DNA of 64,000 nucleotides from Bigelowiella natans CCMP2755 (GCA_000320545.1 ADNK01001699.1:1-64000); one strand, 5' to 3'; numbered from the stretch's first letter, positions 26,900 through 42,447 are shown. Numbers and translations are program-made. The notes: generated by a model from the letters alone, not told the origin.

Positions 26900-27349
26900 T
26901 GGTGTTCGTGCATGTTCACCCTTTTCTTAAACCAAGTTCATCTTGCGCTGCCTGGCCTGCTAACAGTGACATGTTTCACGTGCACAGTGTGGCAAATAGA
27001 TGAGTGGACCACATGCATGCATGCAAAACTACCATGCATGTTTGTGAAAAAGTAAGAGATTCTACACGTACATTGTTCTTAGTGTCGGCACACTAGTTTT
27101 AAATGGCCACGTAGCCGCCCGAACATAGCAGGTAGCACTACGCACTACTTGTACAAAACATTGATCATGAGCCACCAAAGATTTGCGTCGATCGTTCAGA
27201 ACGATATTTGGCGTGCATGCTTGCTGACACATGCTATGCAGAGAAGACGACGTCCCAAACGGTGAACGTGCATAAAGTGTGCATGATACTACAACGTTTA
27301 TAAACAGAAGTGTAAATTCAATAATTTTGTACGCTTTCAGAGAGTTTGA

Positions 27350-30191
27350 TTACGAATTTAAACGACGATAATCGTGTGAGCCTCCACTACTAACATCGTG
27401 AAAGGAAGTATTTAAGAATGATCCTTTTCGTCGATGATGACTACTATTGTGGAGATCATCATAAACACCATTAACCAGAATATGTTCACTAGCCGATGCT
27501 TGCATGGTGGACGACAAGCATCTTTCACGAGTCTCTTCACTTCTGTCCTTTCTAAGGCCAAAGAAAAGGAGAGTGAGCCCCATAATGATCCCAATCAAAC
27601 CAAGAATATTATAGCCTGGCTCTTCCAAGTCTCCATGAAACCTGGCGTGAATAAGAACCCGAAATCATTGATAACATCATTAGGAGGAGGATGGTAATGG
27701 TGATGGTGATTGTGTTTGTGTTTTCGATGTCGGTAGTCTATGATCGTTGATACCCGCACTGAATAATTACAAATGAGAGAATCGCTGACGTCGCTGGCTG
27801 TAGAGGTGTGTAAGCGAGCACGACAGTAGAATCTGCAGGGGAGGAGGAGGAGGAGGAGGAAGGGATTGATGAAAAACACGAGAATGATGGGAAAGAGAAT
27901 GAAGATGATTGTACTAGGGATTTCAGACAAAGCAGCTGTTTCATTTTAAACAATCATTGACGAAGCTCTGCTGTAGTTTCTACTGAAAAACTACGATGAT
28001 GATGTAGCACCTGCATACTTGTTACCCCATGTTAATAGAGCATATGTAGCCACAGAAGAGAATAATACCCAGTACACCAAAGCATACCAAGCGTTTGCTG
28101 GAACTTTCCATTTTGATCCAGGAGGGCAATCATCGCATACAAAATCGTACACACCGTCGATGTGGTTCATACTTACAGTTGCGATTCCCATCAATACTGA
28201 GGCCTAACATCAATTCATTCATCATCATATGGATATCGAAGAGAAAGAAGAAGAGATATTGTAATGAAAATAGAATAATATGTATGTGTGAGGGTTTGTA
28301 GAAGCAATGTACAAGATGTTCTGTAACGACACAGCTGCTGCGACATGCGTGACCCAAGACATGTTACAGGGAAATAATTTTCCAATGGGAGCATTATATT
28401 CACTAGTTTGAAATGTATCATTCTCCTCACGAGAGCAGCTGAATGAATACCGGTATATTATATTTTCGTTCAGTATACATAGAGCATAATAGCACAACCG
28501 AGAGATATGAATAAGCGGTGACTGAGATCGGGCTGTAGTGCTTATAAAGAGGCTTCGCATAGATCACGTAGAGTGCGGTAGACATGCAGTTGAAGAAGAA
28601 GAGAATATTTCCGGCAATCTCTGAATTGTGTTGTCACCACTCTCATTGTTGCTGCATGATGATGACGATGATATTAATGATCATGCAACAGTGATGATAG
28701 TGACTGTGGGTGTATCTCAGCATATAAATTAGCTTGACCTGATTTTCCGCTGTCATAGTGTGCGTCGAATAGGACCATAAACATCGCCCCGCCGAATGCA
28801 ACAAATATTCCCATGATCTTCAAAATATTAGCTTTTTCCTGAACAAATTGGGATAGTACATACTGTCACTGGACTGTTTCATTTGATGGGGGATTTAATC
28901 AATTTCGACCATTCTGAGAGCGATCGCAATAGCGGTAACCATGATCTGATGGACATTCTATCATTAGAATCATCACTACAACTGTTTTGTGGAAAATATG
29001 GCAGCAAAAGGCAGCAGCAGCGATATCAAGTACACATCCAATGATTATTTTCATCTTATGTCTGAATACATGATACATGTGTGTCGTACGTATGGGTGTA
29101 GTTGTGTATGATCGCCGTCTATTTCATTTACTGCATAACTGAGTGAGAGATGTATCGTGATATCATTGCTTTGCATCATGTCTTGATGCAACAACTGTGT
29201 ATCATCATAATAGTAATCGAACGTTGATCACTCGTTGTTTATTGTGATAATCTGTCATTATTCAGTAGCCACCGATTGGGAGGGTTGCCATGCAGATCCT
29301 AAAACTGCATTTGATAGCTTCAACCCGATGAGGAACAATAACTGAACGACACGACACAAATGAAGATATACATCACAATGTCCGCGGGATCCACTGCATA
29401 GCACTAGAATGGCAGTTGTCACCATCGTCATCATAGATCGACCAGTCTTATCGTCGTCATCATCATCATCATCATCATCATCATCAGTATCATCATCGTC
29501 GTCGCTTGTATCATCTACCTGCGACAGAAATATGAATAGGCCTGTTACTAAAAATCTGGAGAAAGAAGGAGTTATGATAAGAACCACACAACAAATTAAT
29601 TTTCCGGTAGTTAGCAGGATGAGAGATCGACGACCTGGGGAAGTGTATTTTTTTGGGCATATTTCCATCCATAACCAACGCCATTGTGACGAGAATTGGT
29701 GCGGCAGCGCCGTCTCGGATCAACGCAAATAATACGGGATTGAATTTATCGATGCCAAGCTGTAATAATATAAGTATAAGCACAGCTGCTGGCTAGTAGG
29801 ACACAATGGTTGTACAACCACATCGTGCTTACTACTACAAGCTAATTATAACATAGTATCATCGACATCGCGTTGAAGATATTAATGTAATATGATTTCC
29901 CACCTTACCAACAACGCTACCGCTCCCAAAGATAATCTGTGCAAGAATTAGAGCTCCATGTACTAGCAATGGCGACGGGGAGTTGCGAATCGAAGGTGCA
30001 GGGAGCTGAAGCTCGGAGATTTCATTTGTTTCTTTAGAATGCGGGAGAAGTAAGTCTTGGTGGCTCAGTCGATCGCTCTCTCTACTTTGAATGGCAGGGT
30101 AACGTAGCTGTTTGTGATCATCTGCGCCAGATTCCTGATCATCGACTGTACGCTCTACGACTGATTCCTGGAATCCACCGAAACCCGCCAT
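27350..30191 (-). CDS. EamA/DMT-family (WAT1/MtN21-like) membrane transporter
   Basis: Exons give HGALILAQIIFGSGSVVGK, FNPVLFALIRDGAAAPIL, LFLIGLKLSNAVLGSAWQPSQ, KIMGIFVAFGGAMFMV, EIAGNILFFFNC, ALVYWVLFSSVATYALLTWGN and LGLIGIIMGLTLLFF. Confidence 0.8.
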
Positions 30192-30279
30192 CGCCGTATC
30201 TGCAGCTAGGAAAGAAAAATCCTAGTAGTGCTAGAAGATCGAAGCGTACAAAAATTGGTCATGGTGCAAATGTCTCCAT

Positions 30280-30280
<1 letters not shown>

Positions 30281-30343
<63 letters not shown>
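30281..30343. repeat. (GCT)n microsatellite in the EamA 5' region/divergent promoter
   Basis: About 20 uninterrupted GCT units. Confidence 0.95.
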
Positions 30344-30348
<5 letters not shown>

Positions 30349-30835
30349 TGCCAAGGAATGTGCTGGGGGGTATGGAGTGTTGATCGACAATTTTTCCGTA
30401 CGTCCTTATCTTGTTCATTTTCTCTAATATTTATTGTCGCAGATCGGGATACTATGGCGATAAAAAAGTACGTCATCACAGACAATCCCTCCCCCCAACA
30501 TCCCAACATGGGTGTCACTCTGTCGCACCGAAAAATGCGGCTTCTTATCGCCTCCTTCAATTGCCTGTTCATTTGTCGTAGAATCCGACATGGCCCCAGG
30601 AAGTTACACTGACACATTTTTGCATAAAAGACATTATGATAATTATCTGCGTCATCAATTTCTTATTGTCGCACATTATTATAATTAATAAATTTCTGGT
30701 TCAGTACTCGTGCTCGTACCCCCTCCCGTAAGGAGTGGAAACCGAACTCAATCGCGTAGTGGATCTCTACGAAGAGAATAAATACATCTAGTACCTAGAG
30801 CAAGTGAAATTTGTTTAGGATATCCCTACTGCAGG

Positions 30836-33092
30836 ATGATTCATTTTGGAAACAGTCACAATCCTCCATTATTTGCATTGGTCGCCCTAGCAGTAATACC
30901 TGGAACTACTATCTTGGCATCATTTTCACCGTCGGACTTTAGACCACCGAGCGTGCCTTTGGTTGTACAAGATCCCTTCGTTTCAGTATGGTAAATTTTA
31001 CGTAGTTTGAAGTGAACATAGAGATTATCTCCCATAGATTCTTATTCTATCTCATGCTTTCAGGTCTCCGGCAACTCGACTAAATGACACAGATACTGAG
31101 CATTGGGGAGGTGCTCGCCATTCTTTGACTGGAATGATGAGAGTCGATGGAGTGTGCTATCGTTTTATGGGTGGAACGAGTGATCCATCATCATCCAAAG
31201 TCTGTGGACAAGTTATGGATCAACAAGGACCTGCGCGAGTCCGAGCAACAACTACGACATACACTTTTACAGTTTTGGATGGGACAGTACAACTAGACTT
31301 ATCTTTTAGAACACCGTCAATCATGCGGGCAGGCAAGAATCTTGACCTTGACATGCTTTCAAGTCCATTCACGCTTGTAAAATTCAACGTGTCGGTTCAT
31401 GGAGACAAGGCACATGAGATCCAAGTATACTATGATAACACTGCTGAAGTCGTAGTTTCCGACACGGACAATACTGTTGAATGGAGTAGTATTTCGAATG
31501 ATGATGGCATCAAGCGTACTACTCCCAGTACACGCTTACTCAGGATTGGAACTACCACGCAAGATTTCAACGATGCAGATCAGAGTGATCTACTTAACTG
31601 GGGTTATTGGTATGTAATGGCTGCAGAAGACGGGATTGGGTATAAATCAAGCGCCACTGCCAACTCAGCACAACTATCACAAGGATCATTTGCCAAAACT
31701 GGCGAGCTTCCAGAAGTTGATCGTAGTGGACCCCGTCCTTGTAATGATAATTGGCCTGTTCTAGCTGTCAGTTTCAACTTAGGAGTAGTATCAAAAGACG
31801 ACAAGTCGCAGGATCATGTGCCCACACTATGCCTTGCTTTTGATGACATCATCTCAATGGATTACTTTGGATCGAAAATGACTGGGTTGTATCGCAGAGG
31901 CAATTCCAACATCACAGACTCCATGTCGATTATGAGTAACATAATGGCAAACGCTCTTTTTAACGATAGTCTCAACCAGATTTGCGAGGAGTTTGATAAT
32001 GAAATTTACAATGAACTTCACGAGAAAGGGGGGGAGCGATATGCACTTTTGGGATCACTTGCTTATCGCCAGGTCACGGGTGCTATCAAGGTGGTATGGA
32101 ACGACAAGCTACAACGGCCATGGATTTTCATGAAAGAAATAAGTTCTGATGGTGACGTGTCAACAGTAGATGTCATATTTCCAGCATGTCCTGTGTTTAT
32201 GCATCGAGCTCCAGAAAGTCTGCGACTGATGCTGATGCCACTTCTTGCTTATGCAAATAACGAAACGGAAATCTATGGGTCTCCAATCCCGTACAACCTC
32301 TCTTGGGCCCCACACCATCTTGGAGTTTGGCCCCAGTGTAACCTCCACCCAATGCAACAAGAGCAGATGCCAATCGAAGAGACTGCTAACATGTTGATCA
32401 TGATAGCATGGCTTGCGGTAAATCAGCAAGACGTGTCGTATTTACAGAGTTATTGGGCACTTCTAGATGTGTGGGGAGAGTATCTTGTGGGAGTACTTCC
32501 GGATCCTAAGTCGCAGCTATGCACTGATGACTTTGAGGGACCTTCACCTCACAATGTCAACCTTGCAGCTAAGGGAATCACTGGGATTGGAGCATATTCT
32601 GCGATTCTCAGGATTAAAGGCGACAAGTCTCGTGCCGACACCTACCTATCTACTGCCAAGCTGTATGCCTCAAAGTGGATGTTGAATGCAAGTGCGGGTG
32701 ACCACTACAAGCTACAATACAATCTGGGAAACGATACCTTTTCTTTGAAATACAACTTGCTATGGGATAAGGTGCTAAATTTGGGTATATTTCCTCAACA
32801 AGTATACGATGCAGAAATGGATTTCTACATGAAAGCTTCACAGCCTTTTGGAGTCCCCCTGGACAACAGAGCCATTTTCACGAAATTGGATTGGCTAATG
32901 TGGGTGGGCGCCATGGCATCAGATAAGATGGAATTTTCTGCGTTGACAAACATGGCCTACCTTTTCGCTCATTACACTCCCGATCGCATACCACTTGGCG
33001 ACTGGTATAACACAAATGACGCAACATATAATTCCTTCCGAGCACGGCCGGTTGTAGGTGGAATATGGGCAAAAATGCTGATGGAGAACTAA
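30836..33092 (+). CDS. Secreted glutaminase A-like (GtaA; DUF4964/DUF5127/DUF4965/DUF1793) protein, one intron at 30991-31063
   Basis: Hydrophobic N-terminus followed by RPPSVPLVVQDPFVSVW, then FMKEISSDGDVSTVDVIFP, APHHLGVWP, EQMPIEETANM, QLCTDDFEG, SLKYNLLWDK and FRARPVVGG. Confidence 0.85.
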
Positions 33093-33804
33093 ATTACGAT
33101 GCACATTCCTTCTACCCGACATACACAGTGACCTGCTGCTGCTGATGGGCCTGTTGATTGCAGGCTGCTTCTCTTCTTTTTGTTCACAAAAACAAAGGTC
33201 TGCTTGTCCTCTCTAGCTACATTACTATCTCTAAAACTGGTTACCTACAACTCTTCTACGAAGAGCAAATGCCACGTTTTTAGAAGCATAGCTTGTGTGT
33301 GCGACTACATGGACCGACACGCGCCTATGTATACCCTGTCTAGCAGTGTGACCGTAAAATACATGTGAGAGCAGTGCAGCACATGCGACCTTGCGACACA
33401 CACATGTGTACGCTGCCATCCTGCCGTGCACATGCGCTATATGTAGTGGCGAAATCATGTGTGTGCATCATTGCATGGCTCGATCATATTATTCATCATT
33501 GCGCGCGCATGCAAACAATGTGGACACGCACACATATACGGCGGCGCGCATGTCGTCAGGACGACCATTGCATGCATGAACGAAGCGCCATGGTCTCACG
33601 TTGAATGAAAGATTTGGCCACAGCTAGCTAGACAGCTATATGTGCGTACGTACATGTTGGGATGACCAACGCAGTCAACGCGCATCTAAACGCATTTCTA
33701 CTTGCTAGCAAGTACATTTTGATTCATGCACGAGCCGAGAGTCATCCATTCTATTTGCGACCAAATCTCAATCTCTTTAAACATATAGAGATGGTACAAA
33801 TACC

Positions 33805-35488
33805 CTAGTTTTGATACCGAGAAATATCTTTAAGAGTGTAGAGGTTTGTGTCGAAGAATGGCCCAGATTTGCTTAAAGCAACCTCTGTTAGCGTCTGCTT
33901 GGTAATTTTATTTTCACACTTTCCTATGCATTCCTTTACCTGATTTGATACAGAACCACAACAATTCAATTTATTAATTAAATGGTAGCGTACAAACCAC
34001 CATAGCTAGGCCACGAACCAATTCAAAAAAGAATCTTCCCTACAAAATCCCTTGCCCAGCCCATTCGTAACAACAGGGTGTTTATCGTTTCTCACTACCT
34101 TGCTGCGGTATATGGGCGAGTATACCGCCTTTGAGACGCCTGGTCCTCTCAGGAAGATCTTCTCCGCTGTCTCTGGGCTGATCATCGGCTCCTCTTTATT
34201 CACACCAAGAGCTACCATTACCTGTTGTAGAAGAACAGTGGTAGTGCAATCAATTATGATGCTCATAAAAATGCTGTAAGGTTTGCTATAATGGATTATT
34301 CTTAAATATAATCTGAGGGGAATGTAGCATTAAATTTATAATTTTCTCTCGTTTTGGCATTCATTCTTACTTTGTCAAATCCGCTTCCTTCCGCTGAGTC
34401 GAAGCAGAGATATTGCATCATATCTTCGTACGCGACCTATTATACCGCATCCATAATCATTTATAGCATGACACACAAGCGGTAAGGGAAGAGCACCGAT
34501 TGATCATCGCGCACTGTTATACTATTTACTTATGATATTCGTAAAAGCATGCCAACAATATTCCATACAAGTTGGTCTACTTATTGGGAATAGATGGGAA
34601 GCAAACTCACACACATGCATACACCACATCTTCCTGCTATCCCCATTATTGCTAACCATCTTCGTTGTAGAGTCCTTAAAGACGCTGAACCATAGTTTAC
34701 TTAGTGCCTGAGTGTTGTAGTACGGTGTCAGTTATTCCTTTTGCTGGGAAGTAGTACATTCTAGTAGCAGGAGTGCCACAATCTCAGAACATGTTCCCAG
34801 CAAACACCGCGCCCCTCTGATGGAGAGAGATGATTGCTAACAACGGCTACAATCTACCTGCGACTCATTCCGCTTTGTGTCACAAATCTTGTTAACGAGA
34901 GGTGAGCTCATCATTGCGTCTGTAAATTGCTTCATATCTACACGCCTAAGTAGCAAGCGAGGATGAGGTGCATAAACACGATGATGATAATTGGCGAGAC
35001 AAAAAGAAACAGCTCTCTTCATTACATTTATCTTATCTTATAATCATGTGAAGTAATCTAGGACTATAGATCAAGCTGCATTAGTGCGGGTGTCCATTCA
35101 ATTTTCATTGCTTATACCCGCTCTTTGTAGTATCTTTGATAACGAAGCTCTTTCTTAGTGCCTCAATGTCTGCCGCAGAAGGAGGTATGACCTTGACTCC
35201 CATCGAAAGCCGTACTATCATCTGATGAAAAGTCATCGCGTTTAAGCTCACAGGTTACTGATATACTGCTTATATTATGTCTGATCTGCCCGTAAAATTG
35301 TGTGGCTCGTTTCCCCTTCCAACACAACTAATACTATTACTGCTGCTGCTGCTACTATTACTACTACTACAGATGCTGTGCTGATGTTCCACCTCTCTCC
35401 AGTCAACACGATCCAATATGCTTCTTGGTGCGAACAAATCTAAGAACTCTGAGAATTTTGTTCCGCTATATTGGTACCTATTATATAC

Positions 35489-35526
<38 letters not shown>

Positions 35527-37345
35527 GTCTTTGTTGTCAGTCGTTGCTCTTGCAACGGAAGAAAACGGAGGAAGACTAAAGAAGAGAAAGTGTTATGGAA
35601 GTGGGAGGGATCTCATAGACAAGAATATATGCTACTTATTTTCGATATGGGTATTACACAACACACACACACACACACGGGGAGAGAGAGAGATTGAGAA
35701 AGAGAGCGAGAGAGAGGTTCTGTTGCAGAAGTAGAGTATATTGTTTGATATATACTGATACCATTCTTGAGGTAGTCCTTCCTCAGGATCGGAAGCATAT
35801 GACGTTTTTGCTAATCCCATTAGCATTTGTACCCCTGAGTGTGGTGATAATGGTTGATGATTGATGATGATGATGATTCGAGCAATGTGCAAGCAATAAG
35901 GGGGGGAGAAAGAGAGAGAGAGAGAGAGAGAGAAAAGAAACAGTCTCCTCACAAAAAAGATGATGATCATTATGAATATAAGATACAAGTCAAAATAGAT
36001 GTAAGAGAGGAAATAGGGAGGAGGAAAAGCAGACCATGATCTTGTTCCATGAAACCACCAGGGAAATCCAGTCTCAGATGAGATGTCAATGCATACAGCT
36101 GCTTTACGGTGAATCGCCCTCGATAAGCTGGCGACATTATTCCACAACACGAAGCATTAGAATTGCAGCACAAAGAGGAAAAAGAGCAAAAGTACTCTCA
36201 TACGACAACCCCCCATCTTCGGATTTCTCTCCCTTTGCTACTACTTACACTGCTACTGCTACTGCTACTGCTACCCAATGTTATTAACATACCAGCATCC
36301 GAAAGTGCATCAAAAACGGACGACTTGGGTAGTTGCGGTATTGGCTTTACAATGTGCTGAATGAAACAGACACATATAGTTTGTGGGCTAATTAATTATT
36401 TCAATTTTTTATTTGACTGTGTTGTTGAGATGATACTGATGTATTTGACAAATGGTAGTGGAAAATGTAGATTATTTTAGTATTTGGTATGACTCGAGCA
36501 ACCTGATGGATGGATTGCATCAAATAATTGCCTAATTATTATGTATTACCTTCTCATCGATAAAGAGATTTTCCCCTTCCAAAAGCAGTCTATAGTAGAT
36601 TGGTCTTGCATCTTCAATTGCTTTTCTCACTACATCGCAAAGGGTGTCAATGGCGTTGCTTTCTCCTTTGATGCGGTTTGCAATATCGTGCTTTAAATCA
36701 GGGTATTCTTGCTCGAATAACACGCCTGAACAAGATAAGACATCTTTATCAGCACTACTTTGCAGATCATAACAATTTCTTCTTATTGCTGGATGTCATT
36801 TTTTGATCCATTTCTCACCCACAATTTCTCTTTCAAATTGCTATTTTAGATATGCTCCTCTCTACCCCCTCTCCTGCACACACTACAAGGCCAACCGGCT
36901 GCGCAGATAGATACCTTTCATATCTTCGCAAAGAGAGACAGCAAATTTGTAGATCCTCTGTATCCGCTGGACTAATTGAAGATTTTGAGCTTTGACAATA
37001 CCATGCAGCAACTGTTGTGCCGTAGCCTAAAAACAATTCAGCAGATTATTTTACTTGGATAAAAATGAGGGCATGGAAGGGAATACTAGGTAAGGAAAAA
37101 ATAATATTCTAGTTGCGAGCGATCCACTCTCTGGGGAAATGAGATAGTATAAGAACCTACCGTAGCTCTCATTATATGTGCTTTGAGTTCCGCCATAGCA
37201 GCACTCTGATGATGAAAATAAGCGAACGCATCAATACACCAATCAATAGTATCTACCCCGAACACATTCACTTAGCGATGAAAACCTTTTCTTCCTCTTC
37301 TTCTTCATCTCCTTTCTTGGACTTAGCTGGCTTCTTTTTCTGTCA

Positions 37346-37383
<38 letters not shown>

Positions 37384-37393
37384 TCGATATGCC

Positions 37394-37440
<47 letters not shown>

Positions 37441-40400
37441 TACATATAATTATAATTTTATAGATTGTGCAGTGGCGTCGTCAAACAAAAACAAACACAC
37501 GGTGAAAGCGGATACCATAAATTACTAATTTGACCCACTTAAAAACAAATTCACAACTACAGACGGCACAGTACCTGCCCAGCATCATGATCCTCGATGA
37601 TATCTACAAGCTGGAAGGATGGGTGTTCTGTTGGGACCAGGCTATCTAGAGCTTCTTTCATACTTAATTTAAGCGGTTTTAGATAGTTATATTTAAGCTT
37701 AGGTTCGATGATAGGAGTCTCTTGGTCACTGTCCTCTTCGTTTGGCGTTTTACTCTTCTTAGCACCCCCACCTTTCTTTCCCTTGTTATCTTCTTCCTCT
37801 TCCTCTTCTCCAGGGGCAAGAGAGTTGTCCACAAGTACAGACATAGTAGGAGAGACTGTGGAATCTTCCTCTGGATCTTCTTTGGCCGATTTTCCCAAGA
37901 CAATTCGGAAGAAGTTCTTTACGGTAGTTAAAGTGCCTCTGTAGCGCTCCATCTCAATTGACATCAGCATCGCACAGTGCACTGTAAGAAGATAACACTG
38001 TTTCTCCAGCCACCCTTGGGTAATGATGGCATTCATTTCTAAATGTGCCTCATTCTTCCGTTCTTTGGTCATTTCCCAGAGTTGGTCAGCAAGTTCATCT
38101 ACACGTTGATGAAGCTCACTTTTAGCGCTTGGATCGCTTCTGAGGTCCATGTGTATACCATTGAAATCTGCTTGAAAATCTTCGATGCGGAAGGCTTTAT
38201 CATTCGCAGGTCTTGCAAGGAACTTTCGGAAGTTTTCCCGTGTTTTGGCATAATGCTTGACCTGTATGACACGTTGGTCCTGAAGAGCCTTAATGATCGT
38301 AGCAAATCGTCTTTTGAATCGTGTTTCGATTGCGTTCCATCCATGCATGAGAGACTGTGCTAAATTAAGTTCCATATTGTATTTGGAAATTTTTGCCACA
38401 CTTTGTTCATCGTTGAGGAGAGAACTGTCCTTCGCTTCACTACTAACACCCTTCTCATCTGCTGGTGTTTCTTCTTGTTCTTCCTTCTTTCCTTCCTCTG
38501 TCTTCTCTTCTTCATCAGCTTCAAGCTGTGTTTACAAAAGAATGGCTCATGTTAAGCATACAATTTCCTCATTTAGTAAGAAAAAATGATGACAAAAATA
38601 TAAGTGTGCAGAAAGGGGCATACTGCAGCATTGCGATGATTCATAACAAGCATTTTAAGTAAAGTTAGTAGCACCGTTCCATTTGCAATCTCCACTGTCT
38701 TCTTAGTTTCGTTGAATTCCTGGTCGATCTTGTTCTTTTCTTCTTCTTCGGCCGCAGCTTTCTTTTCCTCCTCTTCCTGGCGTCCCCTTTCTGCTTCCTC
38801 GTCATTGCGTTGTTGTAGCATAATATTGATTTCCTTCGTAAGTGCATTAGCCACAAATTCAGAGCTTTGTCCGAGAGGTTGATCCTCACTAGAGGTGTCA
38901 GTTGCCTTCAATAGTGCGAATTGTCGGAACCAGTCTTCTAATTCTTGTTCATTTTCTTCGTAAGTAACAACTTGCTCTGAAAGACTCGTCACCAGTTGGT
39001 CATGCTCTTGGGGTGGCATAAGTCTTGCGCATAGTTCTGGATCGTTTGGTGGAGGCCTGGACAACGTGTGATAGACAGTACCAGTTTGTTTGTCCACCAA
39101 TTGGCCCATAGCTCTATTCAGCAACATCGAATGCGTAGCGTCAACTCGAAACACGATATCAATGCCACTTGGATAAGGGTTCTTGTCCAGATCTCTCTCT
39201 TCCTGTTCTGCTGGAGGTGCCACCTTTGATTTTGGAGGTCCTTTTTGCTCCTCGATGTCAAATCCTGATAATTTTTTCTCGAATAGCATTGCCTGGGCTC
39301 TGGTCTCTGGAAAACCGATTAAGCACCATCCACCAGTCTTTCTTTCCTCGTTCTCACAATATATTCCTTGTTTTCCGTCGTCTTCGTTTTGATTCTGCTC
39401 GCCAGCTCTCCTTTTCTCCTCGTCTACTTTCCTTTTCAGCCGACTAATGGCTGCTAGAATTAGATCAACCGCCATCTCATCATCTACAGTACCCCCGCTA
39501 GAAAGAACATCTTTTATTTTGCTTCCCATTTCAACCAAGATGCGTGTGTCCTCCTTCTTTTCAGGAGATTCTTCTTGCTCATCTCCCTCCTTTGATGCGG
39601 CTGCAACGGCTTCTTCAATCAACTTTCGCAGAGTCAAAGGTACCACCCCAAACCTCTTTTGAAGCATTTCTGCTTGAGTCTTTTTCCCTGCATAAGGCTT
39701 TCCCAGGAGGCAAATCGTCAAAGGCATTTTTGGTATAGTTGGCACGCTTTTACCCTTTTTGGAGTTATTATCAATGATATTGGCGAGGTTTGCAAGAATG
39801 GCTCCTGTTCGCATGTCGGTGAAGTCTGCAGGCGCCTCGATAGCATCAATATGAAGTTGCTTAAGATCAACCTTCTGCTCATCTTCGTCAGAGCCCTTTT
39901 TCCCTTTTACCTTCTTATTGTCTTCTTCCTCAGCAGGTTCCAAGGCTTCTTTCAGTGCAATATCACCTGTACTAGACGAGCGCCATTTGCCTTCGCCATT
40001 AAAATAGCGGGTCATCTCTGCTTGAACGACTAGTCCTTCATCATCACTTATAGCAATCATTGAGGCATCCGCATTGATTTTGTCGTTGACACTCGTGGAT
40101 TCTTTGAGTTCATCGATGCCCATTCCACCCTCCTCTGGCTGCACTTGCAAAAGTGCATCTGCATCACTAGCTAACTCATTTTGTGCTGGAATGAGTGATT
40201 TAGATTTTACGAAAAGTTGGGTCCACTCACGCCACATTTGCTTTGGAATGAGACCACAGTTTTCTACGTTTGCTTTCTTTCCTCTTTGCCTTGCTCCACT
40301 ATCATCATCATTATTTTTCTGTTTGCTATTGCTCAACTCACGATAAGCGCATGCTTTGAGAGATAGGTCGACAATCCTTACAGCGAGCTCTCGCGCATAA

Positions 40401-42353
40401 TTCATGTTAGAGTTGGTCTTGACTTCTGCTTTTGCCTTGGCAATCTCTTCATACCGATGCAGGAGAATTTGCATTCGCTGCTCCTGTTTCTCCCTAGCAG
40501 CGATATATGCGGCCTTCCCAGCTTTAAGCTTCTCCATTCTTTCTCTTTCATTTGCCTCTGCGAACTGGCGAGAACGAAACCGAGAATTTTCTTTTATTAC
40601 TTCTTTCATCTGCTTCATCCTCCATAACTCATGCGATACCTCACGTCTTCGTTTACATTCAACCATTAGCGACTCTAATATGGCAGTTTTTGCCTCTTCC
40701 GAATCCACATCTTCAGAGCTTGCTTGTTGATCAACCAAAACTTTTCGTCTGCGCTTTGTTCTCTCCTTTCGAGCTAATCTGTCTGCTTCTTTTCTTCTTC
40801 GTAGATCCTTCATGTCAGCCATGGCTTTCATTTCCAGCGACCTTGGATCTGGAATTTTTTTCTTCATTTTCTCTCGTAATTCTAACAAGCTGTCTATCTC
40901 CTCCATAGGCTTGCCTCTGTATTCACTATCGTCATCCTCTCGAGAGGTCATTTTGTGTTGCTGCTGCTGCTGCTGCTGCCCACTTTCTTCGTCATCTTGT
41001 ACACCAATTCGATTCAGATTTCTCTCGAATTCGTCAATGCAAGACCTCATTTCCATCGTATTACGCAATCTCTCGGCATCTTTGCTTCTCTTCTTTTTTT
41101 CCTTTACTCTAAGTTCATATCCCAGGTCTGCTTGTTGGCGTATTCTACCCACGCGCCTGTTATCCTTCCATCTTTCGATACCCTCTGCTTTCCATTCTTT
41201 CTCGAAAAGTTGCTTACGCTTCATAGTATGCAGTCTTTGCTGTCGATTATCAGCTATTTCTTGACGCTCAATTTTGTATAGAGACTCTTGTAAACGCTGT
41301 GCTTGTATTTCGGATTTCAATTTGAACTCTCTGAACTTCTTCAAGTGCTGTTCCATCCGTTGATTTTTTGTCTAAAAAGATAAAATAAACGATCACACAT
41401 AAAATACAAGTCGACGCATAATTTCTCCTTGTTTCCGCTCCTACACTACGCATACCTGCTCATGTATGTTGTGTGTAAGCTGTGTCTCGAAGAATTTCTT
41501 TTGCATTTTTTCAAATTTATCCTTCTTCCCGTATAGTTTCTCCATATCTCCAGTTATAATAGCCTATGGATTAATAAAGGTTGTGGGAAAACAAAAAAAG
41601 GGGTTTATCTAATATCTTTTCTCACCTTCATCATCCTGCTTCTGGATTCTTTTCGAGGGGTTGAACGAGCTGCTGCAAGTTTCTTACGTCTGATGGAAAC
41701 AAACGATTGGTCAATAATTTGCAACAGATTTGAGCAAGGGGAACTCTGACCTAGCGGTTTCCATACGAATTTGATAGATAATACGCATAGCAGCTCCAGC
41801 CGTTTTCTGAGTTGCACATGTCATTAATGGAGAGAAAGTGTAACCACTACATGTATTAGTACCGTCATGATTTCTTGAGCAGTTGCTGGGGTCAACTTCA
41901 CACGAAGTCGAGTAAGAACAGTGGAAATTTTGGAAAAGTTCTTAACCTAATGATTACATTCCATAATTTGATGAATTCTAAGTTCTAGTTTATCTGAATT
42001 TATCATTTCTCCAAGAGACACTATACCACAATCCGGGGGTCATTTGTGTCCTTAACTCCTTCCACTTCCATTCCGATTTTCTTTAACTGTCAAAGTATGC
42101 AATATTGATCAATTTTGCGGAGAACCATTTCAGGGATTATTAGTGAACTTTTCTTTGGGGAAAGTGTTGCAGATTAAAACGCTTACCAGATCAGCAAGTA
42201 GCCATCCATTTGCAAAGTCTTGCTCGATGTTGGCAATCCTCTTGCGAAGCTGAGTGCACAAAGGACATCATTTACGAAGAGATAACATAGATGTCTTTCA
42301 TCTAGTTTTACCTTTATCTCCTCGTTGAGCCATAAAATTAGGAGATTTGACAT
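33805..42353 (-). CDS. SPEF2: Sperm flagellar protein 2 / central-pair CPC1-like (CH domain, coiled coils, adenylate-kinase-like domain)
   Basis: N-terminal MSNLLILWLNEEIK-LRKRIANIEQDFANGWLLADL CH domain. A ~2.7 kb exon contains ICLLGKPYAGKKTQAEML...GWCLIGFPETRAQA and GQLVDKQTGTVYH. Stop at 33805. Confidence 0.8.
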
Positions 42354-42447
42354 GGCCTTCTACACTAACCGGGGGCGGTGAGGAGAGCGCACGTTTCTGT
42401 TTCTTTTGTCAACTGCAAGCCGGTTTCTTCCACCTCGATATCGACAA

